NCBI GenBank assembly: GCA_019235885.1
Contig: JAFAKB010000005.1
Coordinates: 21,409-85,408 of the forward strand
From: Vulcanimicrobiota bacterium
GTDB lineage: Bacteria; Vulcanimicrobiota; Vulcanimicrobiia; Vulcanimicrobiales; Vulcanimicrobiaceae
Reading direction: 5' to 3'
DNA length: 64,000 bases
Position numbers and translations under genes: made by a program. Shown here in pieces: positions 56,760 to 64,000 of this stretch. The notes under the pieces were generated by a model. That model made no database searches. It had not been told where the DNA came from and was given only the letters and a program-made list of their open reading frames with translations. Position 1 is the first letter of the stretch, and each line of letters starts with the position of its first letter.

Positions 56760-57584
56760 ATGGTGCTGCGCCGGCTGCGGGTCTACGTGCCCATCGCGCT
56801 GTACGCGGTGTTCCTGCTGCTGCCGTTCTACTGGATGCTGCTCACCACGTTCAAGCCGGACGCCGACCTGCTGAAGACCGACATCAACCCGTTCCTGATC
56901 TACCACGTCACCGTCTCGCACATCACCGGCCTGCTCACGACGACGCAGTACTGGCAGTGGTTCGCGAACACGCTCTTCGTCGCGGTCGCCTCGACGGTGG
57001 TGAGCGTGTTCGTCTCGTACATCACCGCGTACGCGATCATCCGGCTGCGCTTCCCGGGCTCGGAAGTGGTGAGCACCGCGATCTTCCTGGCCTACATCGT
57101 CCCGCCGGCGATCCTGTTCATCCCGCTCGCGACGATCATCATCCAGCTCCACTGGTTCGACCAGCTCTGGGCGCTGGTGCCGATCTACGCGACGTTCCTG
57201 GTCCCGTTCTGCACCTGGCTGCTGATCGGGTTCCTGAAGAACATCCCGCGCGAGCTCGAAGAGGCGGCGCGGGTCGACGGCGCGAGCAACTTCGCGATCA
57301 TCTGGCGCATCATCTTCCCGATCGCGGTCCCCGGGCTGATCTCGGCGGCGATCTTCTCCTTCACCCTGTCGTGGAACGAGTATCTCTACGCGCTCGTGTA
57401 CATGTCCTCGTCGGCGCACAAGACGGTCTCGGTCGGCATGATCACCGAGCTGATCCGCGGTGACCGCTTCCAATGGGGCGAGCTGATGGCCGGCGCCCTG
57501 ATCGGCGTCCTCCCCGCGGTCCTGCTCTACTTCTTCTTCGTCGAATACTACGTCGCCGGCGTCTCCGGCTCGGTCAAGGAGTAG
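56760..57584 (+). CDS. Sugar ABC transporter permease 2
   Basis: EAA loop EAARVDGASNFAIIWRIIFP. Six TM helices. Confidence 0.9.
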   Translation: MVLRRLRVYVPIALYAVFLLLPFYWMLLTTFKPDADLLKTDINPFLIYHVTVSHITGLLTTTQYWQWFANTLFVAVASTVVSVFVSYITAYAIIRLRFPGSEVVSTAIFLAYIVPPAILFIPLATIIIQLHWFDQLWALVPIYATFLVPFCTWLLIGFLKNIPRELEEAARVDGASNFAIIWRIIFPIAVPGLISAAIFSFTLSWNEYLYALVYMSSSAHKTVSVGMITELIRGDRFQWGELMAGALIGVLPAVLLYFFFVEYYVAGVSGSVKE

Positions 57585-57586
57585 CC
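57568..57586. repeat. 19-nt core repeat, copy 1 (authentic permease 3' end with TAG stop)
   Basis: gctcggtcaaggagtagcc is identical to 59246-59264. Shorter copies lie at 58679-58690 and 60169-60181. Confidence 0.9.
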
Positions 57587-57972
57587 CGCCGCCAGGCGCG
57601 CATTTCCTTTCGTACCTCGGCAGCGGCCGCGGCGATCACCTCGGGCGCGCGCTGGATCGCCTTCAGCAACACGCGGGCCGGCATGTCCGGCATCGCGCGA
57701 TGCTGTTCCCACTGTTGAACGGTCCGTTGGCTCAAATGGAAGCGCTCGGCGAACTCCGCTTGCGAAAGCCGCAATCGCTCGCGGATCGCGCGCACGTCGG
57801 GTATCGGTATGTCGTAGACATTGCCGTCGATGTGCGCGCGAAACCGCTTGTAACGCCCCGTCAATCCTAGGCGCTTCTTCTCCTCGGCAGCTTCCGCGTT
57901 GATCTGTGCACGGGACCCCTTTCCAAAGCGCGACCAATCAATGTGAGGATCTCGATCATTCTCAGCCGGCAT
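57574..57972 (-). CDS. brnA: BrnA-like HTH (XRE-type) antitoxin
   Basis: Downstream of and overlapping brnT by 11 nt. HTH motif LRLSQAEFAERFHLSQRTVQQWEQ. Confidence 0.75.
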   Translation of the reverse strand: MPAENDRDPHIDWSRFGKGSRAQINAEAAEEKKRLGLTGRYKRFRAHIDGNVYDIPIPDVRAIRERLRLSQAEFAERFHLSQRTVQQWEQHRAMPDMPARVLLKAIQRAPEVIAAAAAEVRKEMRAWRRATP

Positions 57973-58282
57973 AGGTCACCATGAAGTCGGCGATGTCGTC
58001 GTCGTCAGCCTTGAAGGCGCTGACGATGCGCTTCCGCCCTTCGCGCTCGACGTAAACGGCGCTGACGAAGACCGTCTCCACCAAGCCCGTCGCGATGAAA
58101 TGATCTTCGCCGTCGGAATGAGCCTCGTCCCAGCGCTCGACGTACCGGTTCGACTCGAAGATCCGCTTGGCGGCGTGGAAATCGAAGCCGCTCCTTGCGA
58201 GCCGGTCGGCGCTTTTGTCCTGGTCCCATTCGAACGCCTCGTCGCGGTATTCGGCCAATCCACAGTTCCATTCTATACGCAA
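57962..58282 (-). CDS. brnT: BrnT (DUF497) ribonuclease toxin
   Basis: FEWDQDKSADRLARSGFDFHAAKRIF..HSDGEDHFIATG..RIVSAFKA matches the BrnT pattern. TTG start at 58282. Confidence 0.8.
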   Translation of the reverse strand: MRIEWNCGLAEYRDEAFEWDQDKSADRLARSGFDFHAAKRIFESNRYVERWDEAHSDGEDHFIATGLVETVFVSAVYVEREGRKRIVSAFKADDDDIADFMVTYAG

Positions 58283-58305
58283 TTGACGGATACGTCAATT
58301 GCGTA
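58276..58305. promoter_or_regulatory. Perfect 13-bp inverted repeat (candidate BrnTA operator)
   Basis: tacgcaattgacg-gata-cgtcaattgcgta, spanning the brnT start codon and 5' region. Confidence 0.6.
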
Positions 58306-58402
58306 CCACCGAGTTCCAGAGGAAGGGCGCCTGACACGCGCCGGCAAGCCTCGCTCTAAGGAGGGAGGTGCCGCTTCGGTGTGCTCTTCAGTTGCGGCTG
58401 CG

Positions 58403-58678
58403 CTAAAAGTACGCGGCGCCGGTGGTGGTGTCGAAGAGGTGCATGCGGTCGGGGTTGATGCTGAGGGCGATGGTGTCGCCGGCGGCGATCGTGGCGTGGG
58501 CGGGGGCGGTGAGCTGGCCGCCGGCGGTGAAGTAGAGAACTTGCTCGGAGCCGAGCGGTTCGACCACGTCCACCACCGCGGAGATCGCGCCCGCGCCGTT
58601 CGCGTGGAGCGCGACGTCCTCGGGGCGCACGCCGAGCGTCGCCTCGCCGTTCGTCGCGTTAGCGACGGCGGCTTTGCG
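58403..58678 (-). pseudogene. Orphan 3' fragment (~75 codons) of an ABC ATPase gene, diverged copy of the 60182-61267 C-terminus
   Basis: RPEDV.LHANGAGAISAVVDVVEPLGSEQVLYFTA..HATIAAGD..INPDRMHLFD.TTG.AYF is shared with the full gene. Homology stops at gctttgcg and abuts a core repeat copy. Confidence 0.9.
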
Positions 58679-58690
58679 AAGGAGTAGCCG
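58679..58690. repeat. Core repeat, short copy (aaggagtagccg)
   Basis: 12-nt match to 59254-59265 and 11-nt match to 57576-57586. Confidence 0.6.
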
Positions 58691-59219
58691 CCCGGCCTAC
58701 ATCGCGAGAGAGCCGAGCACGCTGCATGCTAGTCCTCGCTGTATATTTTCGGTTTGCGAACGCAAGCGCAGCCGTATACCGAGCAGCCGTCGCCGTTGTG
58801 ATCCTTTGGCGCATGGCCGCAGCGGCACGCCTTCACGTACTCTACGGTTTCCATGGCTGTAGTCTATGCGAAGTTCCGCTAATCGCGCTGTGCGCTGCAA
58901 CACCGTCGCGCGACATTTGACGCTGCGCTTAACGCGCTTTCATCATCCCTTTACCGGAACGCGGCGCAGCGCGCATCGTCGCTGAGGATCCGGACGGTCG
59001 AGGCGGGATGACGGTCTGGCGGCAGACCGTTGTGGCGTACCGACCATTGCGGAGCGGCTCGACGAGTCGCGCACGGGCGAGCGACTCGCCCGCCTCATAG
59101 CAATCGAGGTCCACCACAAGGATCCGCAGGACGAGGAGCGCCGCCGCTCGGTCGTCGAGCGGCGCAGTAGCTACATCGGAAAGCAACGGATCAGCATGGT
59201 CGCTGCGTGATGGCGGCGA

Positions 59220-59633
59220 TTAGATACGTCTCCACGGCGTCTCGCGCTCGGTCAAGGAGTAGCCGGGCCGGCGGCTACGCACGGAGGGTCCCTTCCGCTC
59301 GACCTTGACGATAAGCCGACCCTTCGCGTCGCGCTTCTGATGAAGATTTATCGCGACGTGCAGCCGGTCGACGAGCGTCATCAGACGGTCCAGGGAGAAG
59401 CGACTCAGCTTTCCGCGCATGAGGCGCGAGACGTCGGCTTGGTCGATCCCGAGAACTTGCGCTGCTGTGGACTGGTTGAGCTGACGTTCTTCGATGACTT
59501 CGTTAATGACGTTCAGGATGCGCGACTTCCGTAGGAGCTCGTCAGCGTCAGTCCGGTTGAGTTGCGCGAAGATGTTTCCGGTGCGGCGGGTGATCTTAAC
59601 TTTTTCATCGCTTGGTCCGGTAGTTTTCTTCAT
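59220..59633 (-). CDS. higA: HigA-like XRE-family HTH antitoxin
   Basis: QSTAAQVLGIDQADVSRLMRGK HTH. Downstream of and overlapping the Gp49-like toxin. Its 3' end reads through core repeat copy 59246-59264. Confidence 0.75.
   Translation of the reverse strand: MKKTTGPSDEKVKITRRTGNIFAQLNRTDADELLRKSRILNVINEVIEERQLNQSTAAQVLGIDQADVSRLMRGKLSRFSLDRLMTLVDRLHVAINLHQKRDAKGRLIVKVERKGPSVRSRRPGYSLTERETPWRRI
59246..59264. repeat. 19-nt core repeat, copy 2
   Basis: Identical to 57568-57586. Confidence 0.9.
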
Positions 59634-59991
59634 AGTACTCCTTCGCTTGCCTGTAGCGCTGACGGGTACGATCCTCGTCCCGCTTCGGAGTCTCGCTCCC
59701 TGACTTCGACTTTTTCACGAAGACATCGAGGACGTAGACGACGCCATGAAATTTGGTCGTGTATTGGGCGCGTATCTCGCGGTTGTGATCGTCGTGGGCC
59801 ACGATTTCCATGACGTACCGGAGGTCGCCGCCGTGCATCGGCTTGGCGTAACCCGCCTTCTTTCCGTGTTGAGCGAGGTCGAGCGCGTATCCGATTTCAT
59901 CTTGGACATCTTCAGGCAGCGCGACAAGGTCTTCGTACGCGGAGCCCATCCACTCGACGGGCTTCTCGTCCCTCGCCTCCGCGCGGCTCAC
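59605..59991 (-). CDS. higB: HigB-like toxin (phage Gp49 / DUF891, RelE superfamily)
   Basis: VEWMGSAYEDLVALPEDVQDEIGYAL..AKPMHG..YVMEIV...R..Y..KF..VVYVLDVFVKKS is typical of Gp49-like toxins. Toxin-first gene order. Confidence 0.75.
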   Translation of the reverse strand: MSRAEARDEKPVEWMGSAYEDLVALPEDVQDEIGYALDLAQHGKKAGYAKPMHGGDLRYVMEIVAHDDHNREIRAQYTTKFHGVVYVLDVFVKKSKSGSETPKRDEDRTRQRYRQAKEYYEENYRTKR

Positions 59992-60168
59992 TGGAGATAT
60001 GACACTTCTGCCATAAGGACCTGCACCGCCGCCCTCATGCGCGTTCCTTGCATGCCGCGGTCGGTGCCCCGCGGCAGCGCGCCTCAGTCTTTCAATGTGA
60101 TTCCGCAGAAACAGCGGATCGCCGACGCGCGTACGAGGGCGACAGCCGTTCGGTCATGCTGGGGCTGA

Positions 60169-60181
60169 TCAAGCAGTAGCC
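60169..60181. repeat. Core repeat, degenerate copy abutting the ABC ATPase stop
   Basis: tcaagCagtagcc versus tcaagGagtagcc at the permease end, immediately followed by CTA (the ATPase stop on the minus strand). Confidence 0.5.
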
Positions 60182-61267
60182 CTAGAAGTACGCGACCCCT
60201 GTGGTTGCGTCGAAGAGGTGCATGCGGTCGGGGTTGATGCCGAGCGGGATCATGTCGCCGGCGGCGATCGTGGCGTGAGCGGGGGCGCGGGCGGTGAGCT
60301 GGGCGCCGACAGCGGTGAAGTAGAGGACTTGCTCGGAGCCGAGCGGTTCGACGACGTCCACCACCGCGGAGATCGCGCCGGCGCCGTTCGCGTGCAGAAC
60401 GACATCCTCGGGGCGCACGCCGAGCGTCGCCTCGCCGTTCATCGCGTTGCCGACGGCGGCTTTGCGCGCGTCGGGGATGCGCAGCGAGAACGACGGACCG
60501 CGGGCGAAGAGCGCGTCGCCTTCCGCTTCAAGGCGGCAGGGCAGAAAGCTCATCGTCGGCGAGCCGATGAAGCCGGCGACGAACTGGTTCGCGGGAAGGT
60601 CGTAGACGTCTTGCGGCGGCGCCACCTGCTGCACGACGCCGTCCTTCATCACGACGATCCGGTGGCCCATCGTCATCGCCTCGACCTGATCGTGCGTCAC
60701 GTAGATCATCGTCGTCGCGACGCGCTGCTGCAGCTTCACGATCTCGCCGCGCGTCTGCACGCGCAGCTTCGCGTCGAGGTTCGAGAGCGGCTCGTCCATC
60801 AGGAAGACCGCCGGATGGCGGACGATCGCGCGGCCGAGCGCGGCGCGCTGGCGCTGTCCGCCCGAAAGCTCCTTCGGCTTGCGCTTCAGCAGCGGGCCGA
60901 GCCCGAGGATCTCCGCCGCCTCCTTGACGCGCTCGTCGATCTGCGCCTTCGGAACGCTGCGCATCCGCAGCCCGAACGCCATGTTGTCGTAGACGTTCAT
61001 GTGCGGGTAGAGCGCGTAGTTCTGGAACACCATCGCGACGTCGCGGTCCTTCGGGCCAAGCTCGTTGACGCGCCGCTCGCCGATGAAGATGTCGCCGCCG
61101 CTCGTCGTCTCCAGACCGGCGATCATCCGCAGCGTCGTCGATTTCCCGCAGCCCGACGGCCCGACCAGCACGACGAACTCGCGGTCGGCGATCTCCAGCG
61201 TGACCCCGTCGACCACGACCGTTTCGCCGAACCGCTTGCTGACCGACTGCAGCCGCACCGAAGCCAT
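60182..61267 (-). CDS. ugpC: Sugar ABC transporter ATP-binding protein (UgpC/MalK type)
   Basis: Walker A GPSGCGKST, signature LSGGQRQR, Walker B FLMDEPLSNLD. C-terminal TOBE-like regulatory domain. Confidence 0.9.
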   Translation of the reverse strand: MASVRLQSVSKRFGETVVVDGVTLEIADREFVVLVGPSGCGKSTTLRMIAGLETTSGGDIFIGERRVNELGPKDRDVAMVFQNYALYPHMNVYDNMAFGLRMRSVPKAQIDERVKEAAEILGLGPLLKRKPKELSGGQRQRAALGRAIVRHPAVFLMDEPLSNLDAKLRVQTRGEIVKLQQRVATTMIYVTHDQVEAMTMGHRIVVMKDGVVQQVAPPQDVYDLPANQFVAGFIGSPTMSFLPCRLEAEGDALFARGPSFSLRIPDARKAAVGNAMNGEATLGVRPEDVVLHANGAGAISAVVDVVEPLGSEQVLYFTAVGAQLTARAPAHATIAAGDMIPLGINPDRMHLFDATTGVAYF

Positions 61268-61351
61268 GCGAGGACTTACGTTCGCGACGACCGCTCGCCC
61301 TTCGACAAGCTCAGGGTGACACGGAGTTTTCGCCCCGGGTGATGGAGACTT

Positions 61352-62833
61352 CTAGAGCGCTACTACCGGGGAGGGGCGGGTGCCGAGCCAGGTGGCGAGG
61401 TCGGTTTTTTGGTCGACGTGGACGCCTTCGCGGAGCTCGCGGCGGAACTCGCCGAACAGGCCGAACGCCTCGGCGAACGCGTCGTGCTTGTGGATCGACT
61501 CGTAGTTGAGCTGGGTCGCGCCGACGTACGTCGTGTCGGGGAAGTCGGCGTAGACGTCCAGCGCGCGCGCGAGGATCCCGCGCACGACGTCCTCGACGAA
61601 CTTCGGGTTGTGGTGCGCCTTGTTGACGATGAAGAACTCGTCGGGACGCTTGAGCAGATCGTACGTCTCGCTCGACATCGACGACTCGACGATCTCCACC
61701 AAGTCCTCGGCGCGGACGTGCTCGGCGAAGCCCGGCTCGGTCCCGAGGTAGACCGCGCCGCGCCCGCGCTGGTTGTGCGTCGCGACCGGCAGCGCGTCGA
61801 GCGCGCGCACCGCGTCGGCTTCGCTGAACCCCGCGTCCTGCAGCTCGCGCAGCGAGTGCTCGCGGACCATCAGCTGCGCGCACGGGCAGGCGGTCATGCC
61901 CTCCGCTTCGACGCCGACGACGCGGCGCGTGCCGTTTGCGTCGGCGTGCGCGATCCCGACCAGCGTGTACGTCTCCTCGGTGCGCCGGCCGCTGACCGGG
62001 GTCCAGCGCTCGAGCGCGAACTCCGCGCGCAGCCGCACGTCGGCGCGCAGCGCGCCTTGCGAGCCGACGATCTCGCGCGCGATCTGCTCGGTGAGGTCCT
62101 CGACGCGCGCCGGCTTCGCGCTGCGCGAGAGCACGTCGAGCGTCGCGGCTTCCAGCAGCTCCGAGAAGCGCGACATGTGCACGCCGGCCTTGTCGGGCGC
62201 CAAGTCGGCGACCATCGTGAAGTCGCCGAGGAACGAGCGCTCCCGGCCGCCGATCCGGCTGCGGATCACGTGCTTCACCGACGAGACCCCGACGCGGTTG
62301 AGCGAGAGCCGCACGTCGGGCTCTTCTTCTTGCCGGTTCGCGGCGAAGTGGATCGCGCGCGCCTTGCGCACGATCCGCTCGTGCGGCACCGCCGCGGCGA
62401 GCTCGGCGATCGTCTTGCCGCTGCGCGGGTCGATCACGTCCGGCGCGATCTCCGCCAGCGGGATCAGGTTGAACGCGCGCGAGGCGAGGTACGGGTGCGG
62501 CACCTCGAACCGCCCGAAGTTCGCCGTGACGCCTTCGATCAGCAAGACGTCCACGTCGATCGCGCGCGCGGCGAGCGGGGTGCGCGTCTGGCGGCCGATC
62601 GCCGTCTCGATCCCACGCGCGAAGGACTCGAACGCGACCGGCTCGAGCGCGGTCGTCAGCTTCGCGGCGACGTTCAGAAACGCCGGCCCCGCGACGCCGT
62701 GCGAGGGCGGCGTCTCGTAGAACGACGACACCGCCTCGACGCGCGCTTCCTTGCGCAGCCGCTGCAGCGCGGCCAGGATCGTGCTCTGCCGCTCGCCCAG
62801 GTTCGCGCCCAGGCCGACGTAGACGGTGTGCAT
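61352..62833 (-). CDS. Fusion protein: HPPK (FolK) N-terminal domain + GTP cyclohydrolase I type 2 (FolE2/MptA, DUF198) C-terminal domain
   Basis: ATG at 62833. VYVGLGANLG..YETPP..IDVDVL..HPY motifs (HPPK), then GVHMSRF..GMTACPCAQ (FolE2). Confidence 0.8.
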   Translation of the reverse strand: MHTVYVGLGANLGERQSTILAALQRLRKEARVEAVSSFYETPPSHGVAGPAFLNVAAKLTTALEPVAFESFARGIETAIGRQTRTPLAARAIDVDVLLIEGVTANFGRFEVPHPYLASRAFNLIPLAEIAPDVIDPRSGKTIAELAAAVPHERIVRKARAIHFAANRQEEEPDVRLSLNRVGVSSVKHVIRSRIGGRERSFLGDFTMVADLAPDKAGVHMSRFSELLEAATLDVLSRSAKPARVEDLTEQIAREIVGSQGALRADVRLRAEFALERWTPVSGRRTEETYTLVGIAHADANGTRRVVGVEAEGMTACPCAQLMVREHSLRELQDAGFSEADAVRALDALPVATHNQRGRGAVYLGTEPGFAEHVRAEDLVEIVESSMSSETYDLLKRPDEFFIVNKAHHNPKFVEDVVRGILARALDVYADFPDTTYVGATQLNYESIHKHDAFAEAFGLFGEFRRELREGVHVDQKTDLATWLGTRPSPVVAL

Positions 62834-62891
62834 GCGCCGCTTACAACCGTGCGGCCCGCGCGGAAGTTGCCGGCGCGCTCGCATCCCCGCC

Positions 62892-64000
62892 TTAGCGAAT
62901 CCTGATCTTCGCCTCCTCGCCGGTCGACGTCAGCGGCGGCCCGTACATCGCGTACACGTTCGTCGCGGGCGCGGTGAACGAGCCGGCCGTCGTCGCGCGC
63001 AGCGTGTAGTGCAGATGGATCGCCGAGTTCGCCCATATGCGGTCGGTGAAGAACACGACCCGGTCGTCGAAGAACTGCAAGCCGCTCCAGTCGTCACCCG
63101 ACTGGTACTGCGCCGGCTGGTACTCCAACCCGGCCGGGAGCGGATCTTCGACCGCGACGAACTGCGCGTCGCTGTTCGCCGAGACCGTCAGGTCGACGTC
63201 GATCTGGTCGCCGACGTGCCATTCGTTGCCGCCCGGCGTCGAATAGGTGCGCCGCACCGTGAACGTCGGGTCGAGCTGCGCGAGCGCGAGCGCCGGAACG
63301 TACTGCGTCCAGTCGGTCGACCACGTCAGCGCCCCGGTCCCGGCGCGCTCGAAGCGCAGCGTTCCGCCGCGCCGCAGCAGCTTCGCCGGCACCGTGAACG
63401 AGGCCAGCGCGCGCGGCAGCACCGGCGCGTCGATCCGCACGCTCTTCACCACGCGGCCGTCGAGCGTCACCCGCACCGTCTCGTGCGGGTCGAGCTCGTG
63501 CTCGTCGAGCGGCACCGCTTCGCTCATCGCGTAGATCGCGGCCGCGGTGTCCTTCGTCGACTCCCACCACGAGCCGTGCTGCTGCGTGCGCAGCCAGTTC
63601 ACCGCGCGCGCGACGCGCGGGTCGTCCGGCGTCATCGCGTGCACGAACCGCAGCGCGTACGCCGTCGTCTCGATCGGATCGTCCTGCCAGCCGTAGTGCC
63701 AGCCGCCGCTCTTCCACTGCGCGTACGTGCCGTCGTCCGAGGTGCGCTGCAACAGCTCGGCGAGCAGCGGCTGCGCGCCGGCGCGGTCGTTCAGCTCGAG
63801 GTGCGCGAGCCCGAGCGTCGCGAGCGCGTACGCGTTCAAATTCGTCGCCTGCGCGTCGGTCTTCGCGAGCAAGTCGCGATCGACGGCCTTCGGGTCGGCG
63901 TCGGCGAGCGCGAAGAGCATGTACGCGCGCGTGTTCCATTCGGAACCGCTTTGGCGGCCGCCCCACAGCGCCAGCGACTGCGTGTCGCCGGCGGCTTGTC
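62892..64000 (-). CDS. Alpha-2-macroglobulin family protein, C-terminal part (5' end beyond window)
   Basis: Frame is open to the window edge. Alpha/alpha-barrel-like segment (NAYALATLGL..TTAYALRF..NWLRTQQ..GSWWESTKDTA) and receptor-binding-like C-terminus (VAVEDPLPAGLE). Confidence 0.8.
   Translation of the reverse strand, partial: QAAGDTQSLALWGGRQSGSEWNTRAYMLFALADADPKAVDRDLLAKTDAQATNLNAYALATLGLAHLELNDRAGAQPLLAELLQRTSDDGTYAQWKSGGWHYGWQDDPIETTAYALRFVHAMTPDDPRVARAVNWLRTQQHGSWWESTKDTAAAIYAMSEAVPLDEHELDPHETVRVTLDGRVVKSVRIDAPVLPRALASFTVPAKLLRRGGTLRFERAGTGALTWSTDWTQYVPALALAQLDPTFTVRRTYSTPGGNEWHVGDQIDVDLTVSANSDAQFVAVEDPLPAGLEYQPAQYQSGDDWSGLQFFDDRVVFFTDRIWANSAIHLHYTLRATTAGSFTAPATNVYAMYGPPLTSTGEEAKIRIR

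Noticed and set aside
58929-59186. 85-aa minus-strand ORF in the middle cassette (possible toxin remnant)
   Set aside because: It has a TTG start, no ribosome-binding site and no recognisable PIN, RelE or ParE motif, and its C-terminal half is Arg/Ser/Pro-rich. The support is not enough to call it a gene.
1-64000. Scan for tRNA, rRNA, tmRNA, CRISPR arrays, integrases, transposases and IS inverted repeats
   Set aside because: Nothing convincing was found by eye. Without covariance-model tools, small ncRNAs cannot be excluded.

Overview
High-G+C bacterial chromosomal segment (roughly two-thirds G+C by eye) with about 60 protein genes. I recognised no rRNA, tRNA, CRISPR array, integrase or transposase. 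The backbone is housekeeping: an actinobacterial-style respiratory supercluster (ctaF-ctaD-ctaC divergent from ctaE-qcrA-qcrB-ctaG-qcrC-PQQ dehydrogenase, 25.9-34.9 kb), several peptidases (BNR/sortilin-like, S9, M28, M48), hemL, dprA, a MetE-like gene, an IlvD/Edd dehydratase with a sugar ABC transporter, a folK-folE2 fusion, and an alpha-2-macroglobulin cut by the right window edge. Lower-G+C accessory islets interrupt this backbone. (i) 4.6-5.6 kb holds a membrane protein beside a tubulin-like/OmpA pair. (ii) 14.7-15.6 kb is a 0.9-kb insertion flanked by a 69-bp duplication of the DUF72 3' end. (iii) 24.6-25.8 kb and (iv) 46.0-50.4 kb share a duplicated HTH + 106-aa module. Islet (iv) also carries an AbiEii toxin that lacks a full antitoxin and an orphan 693-aa GHKL ATPase. 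(v) 57.6-60.2 kb is an array of toxin-antitoxin cassettes wedged between convergent ABC-transporter genes and delimited by copies of the permease 3' end. The best candidate for an undescribed system is at 34.9-40.3 kb. There a Cys-less CsoR-family repressor sits divergent from a signal-peptide-less 1204-aa protein that fuses a complete S8 subtilase to a thermolysin-like HExxH protease, and that protein is translationally coupled (ATGA) to a ComEC-type MBL hydrolase. Second-tier candidates are the truncated tubulin-superfamily giant protein coupled to a Zn-ribbon/PstS-like/OmpA protein (2-4503) and the GHKL ATPase island. Many long ORFs in the six-frame track are antisense or out-of-frame artefacts of the G+C-rich sequence and were rejected.
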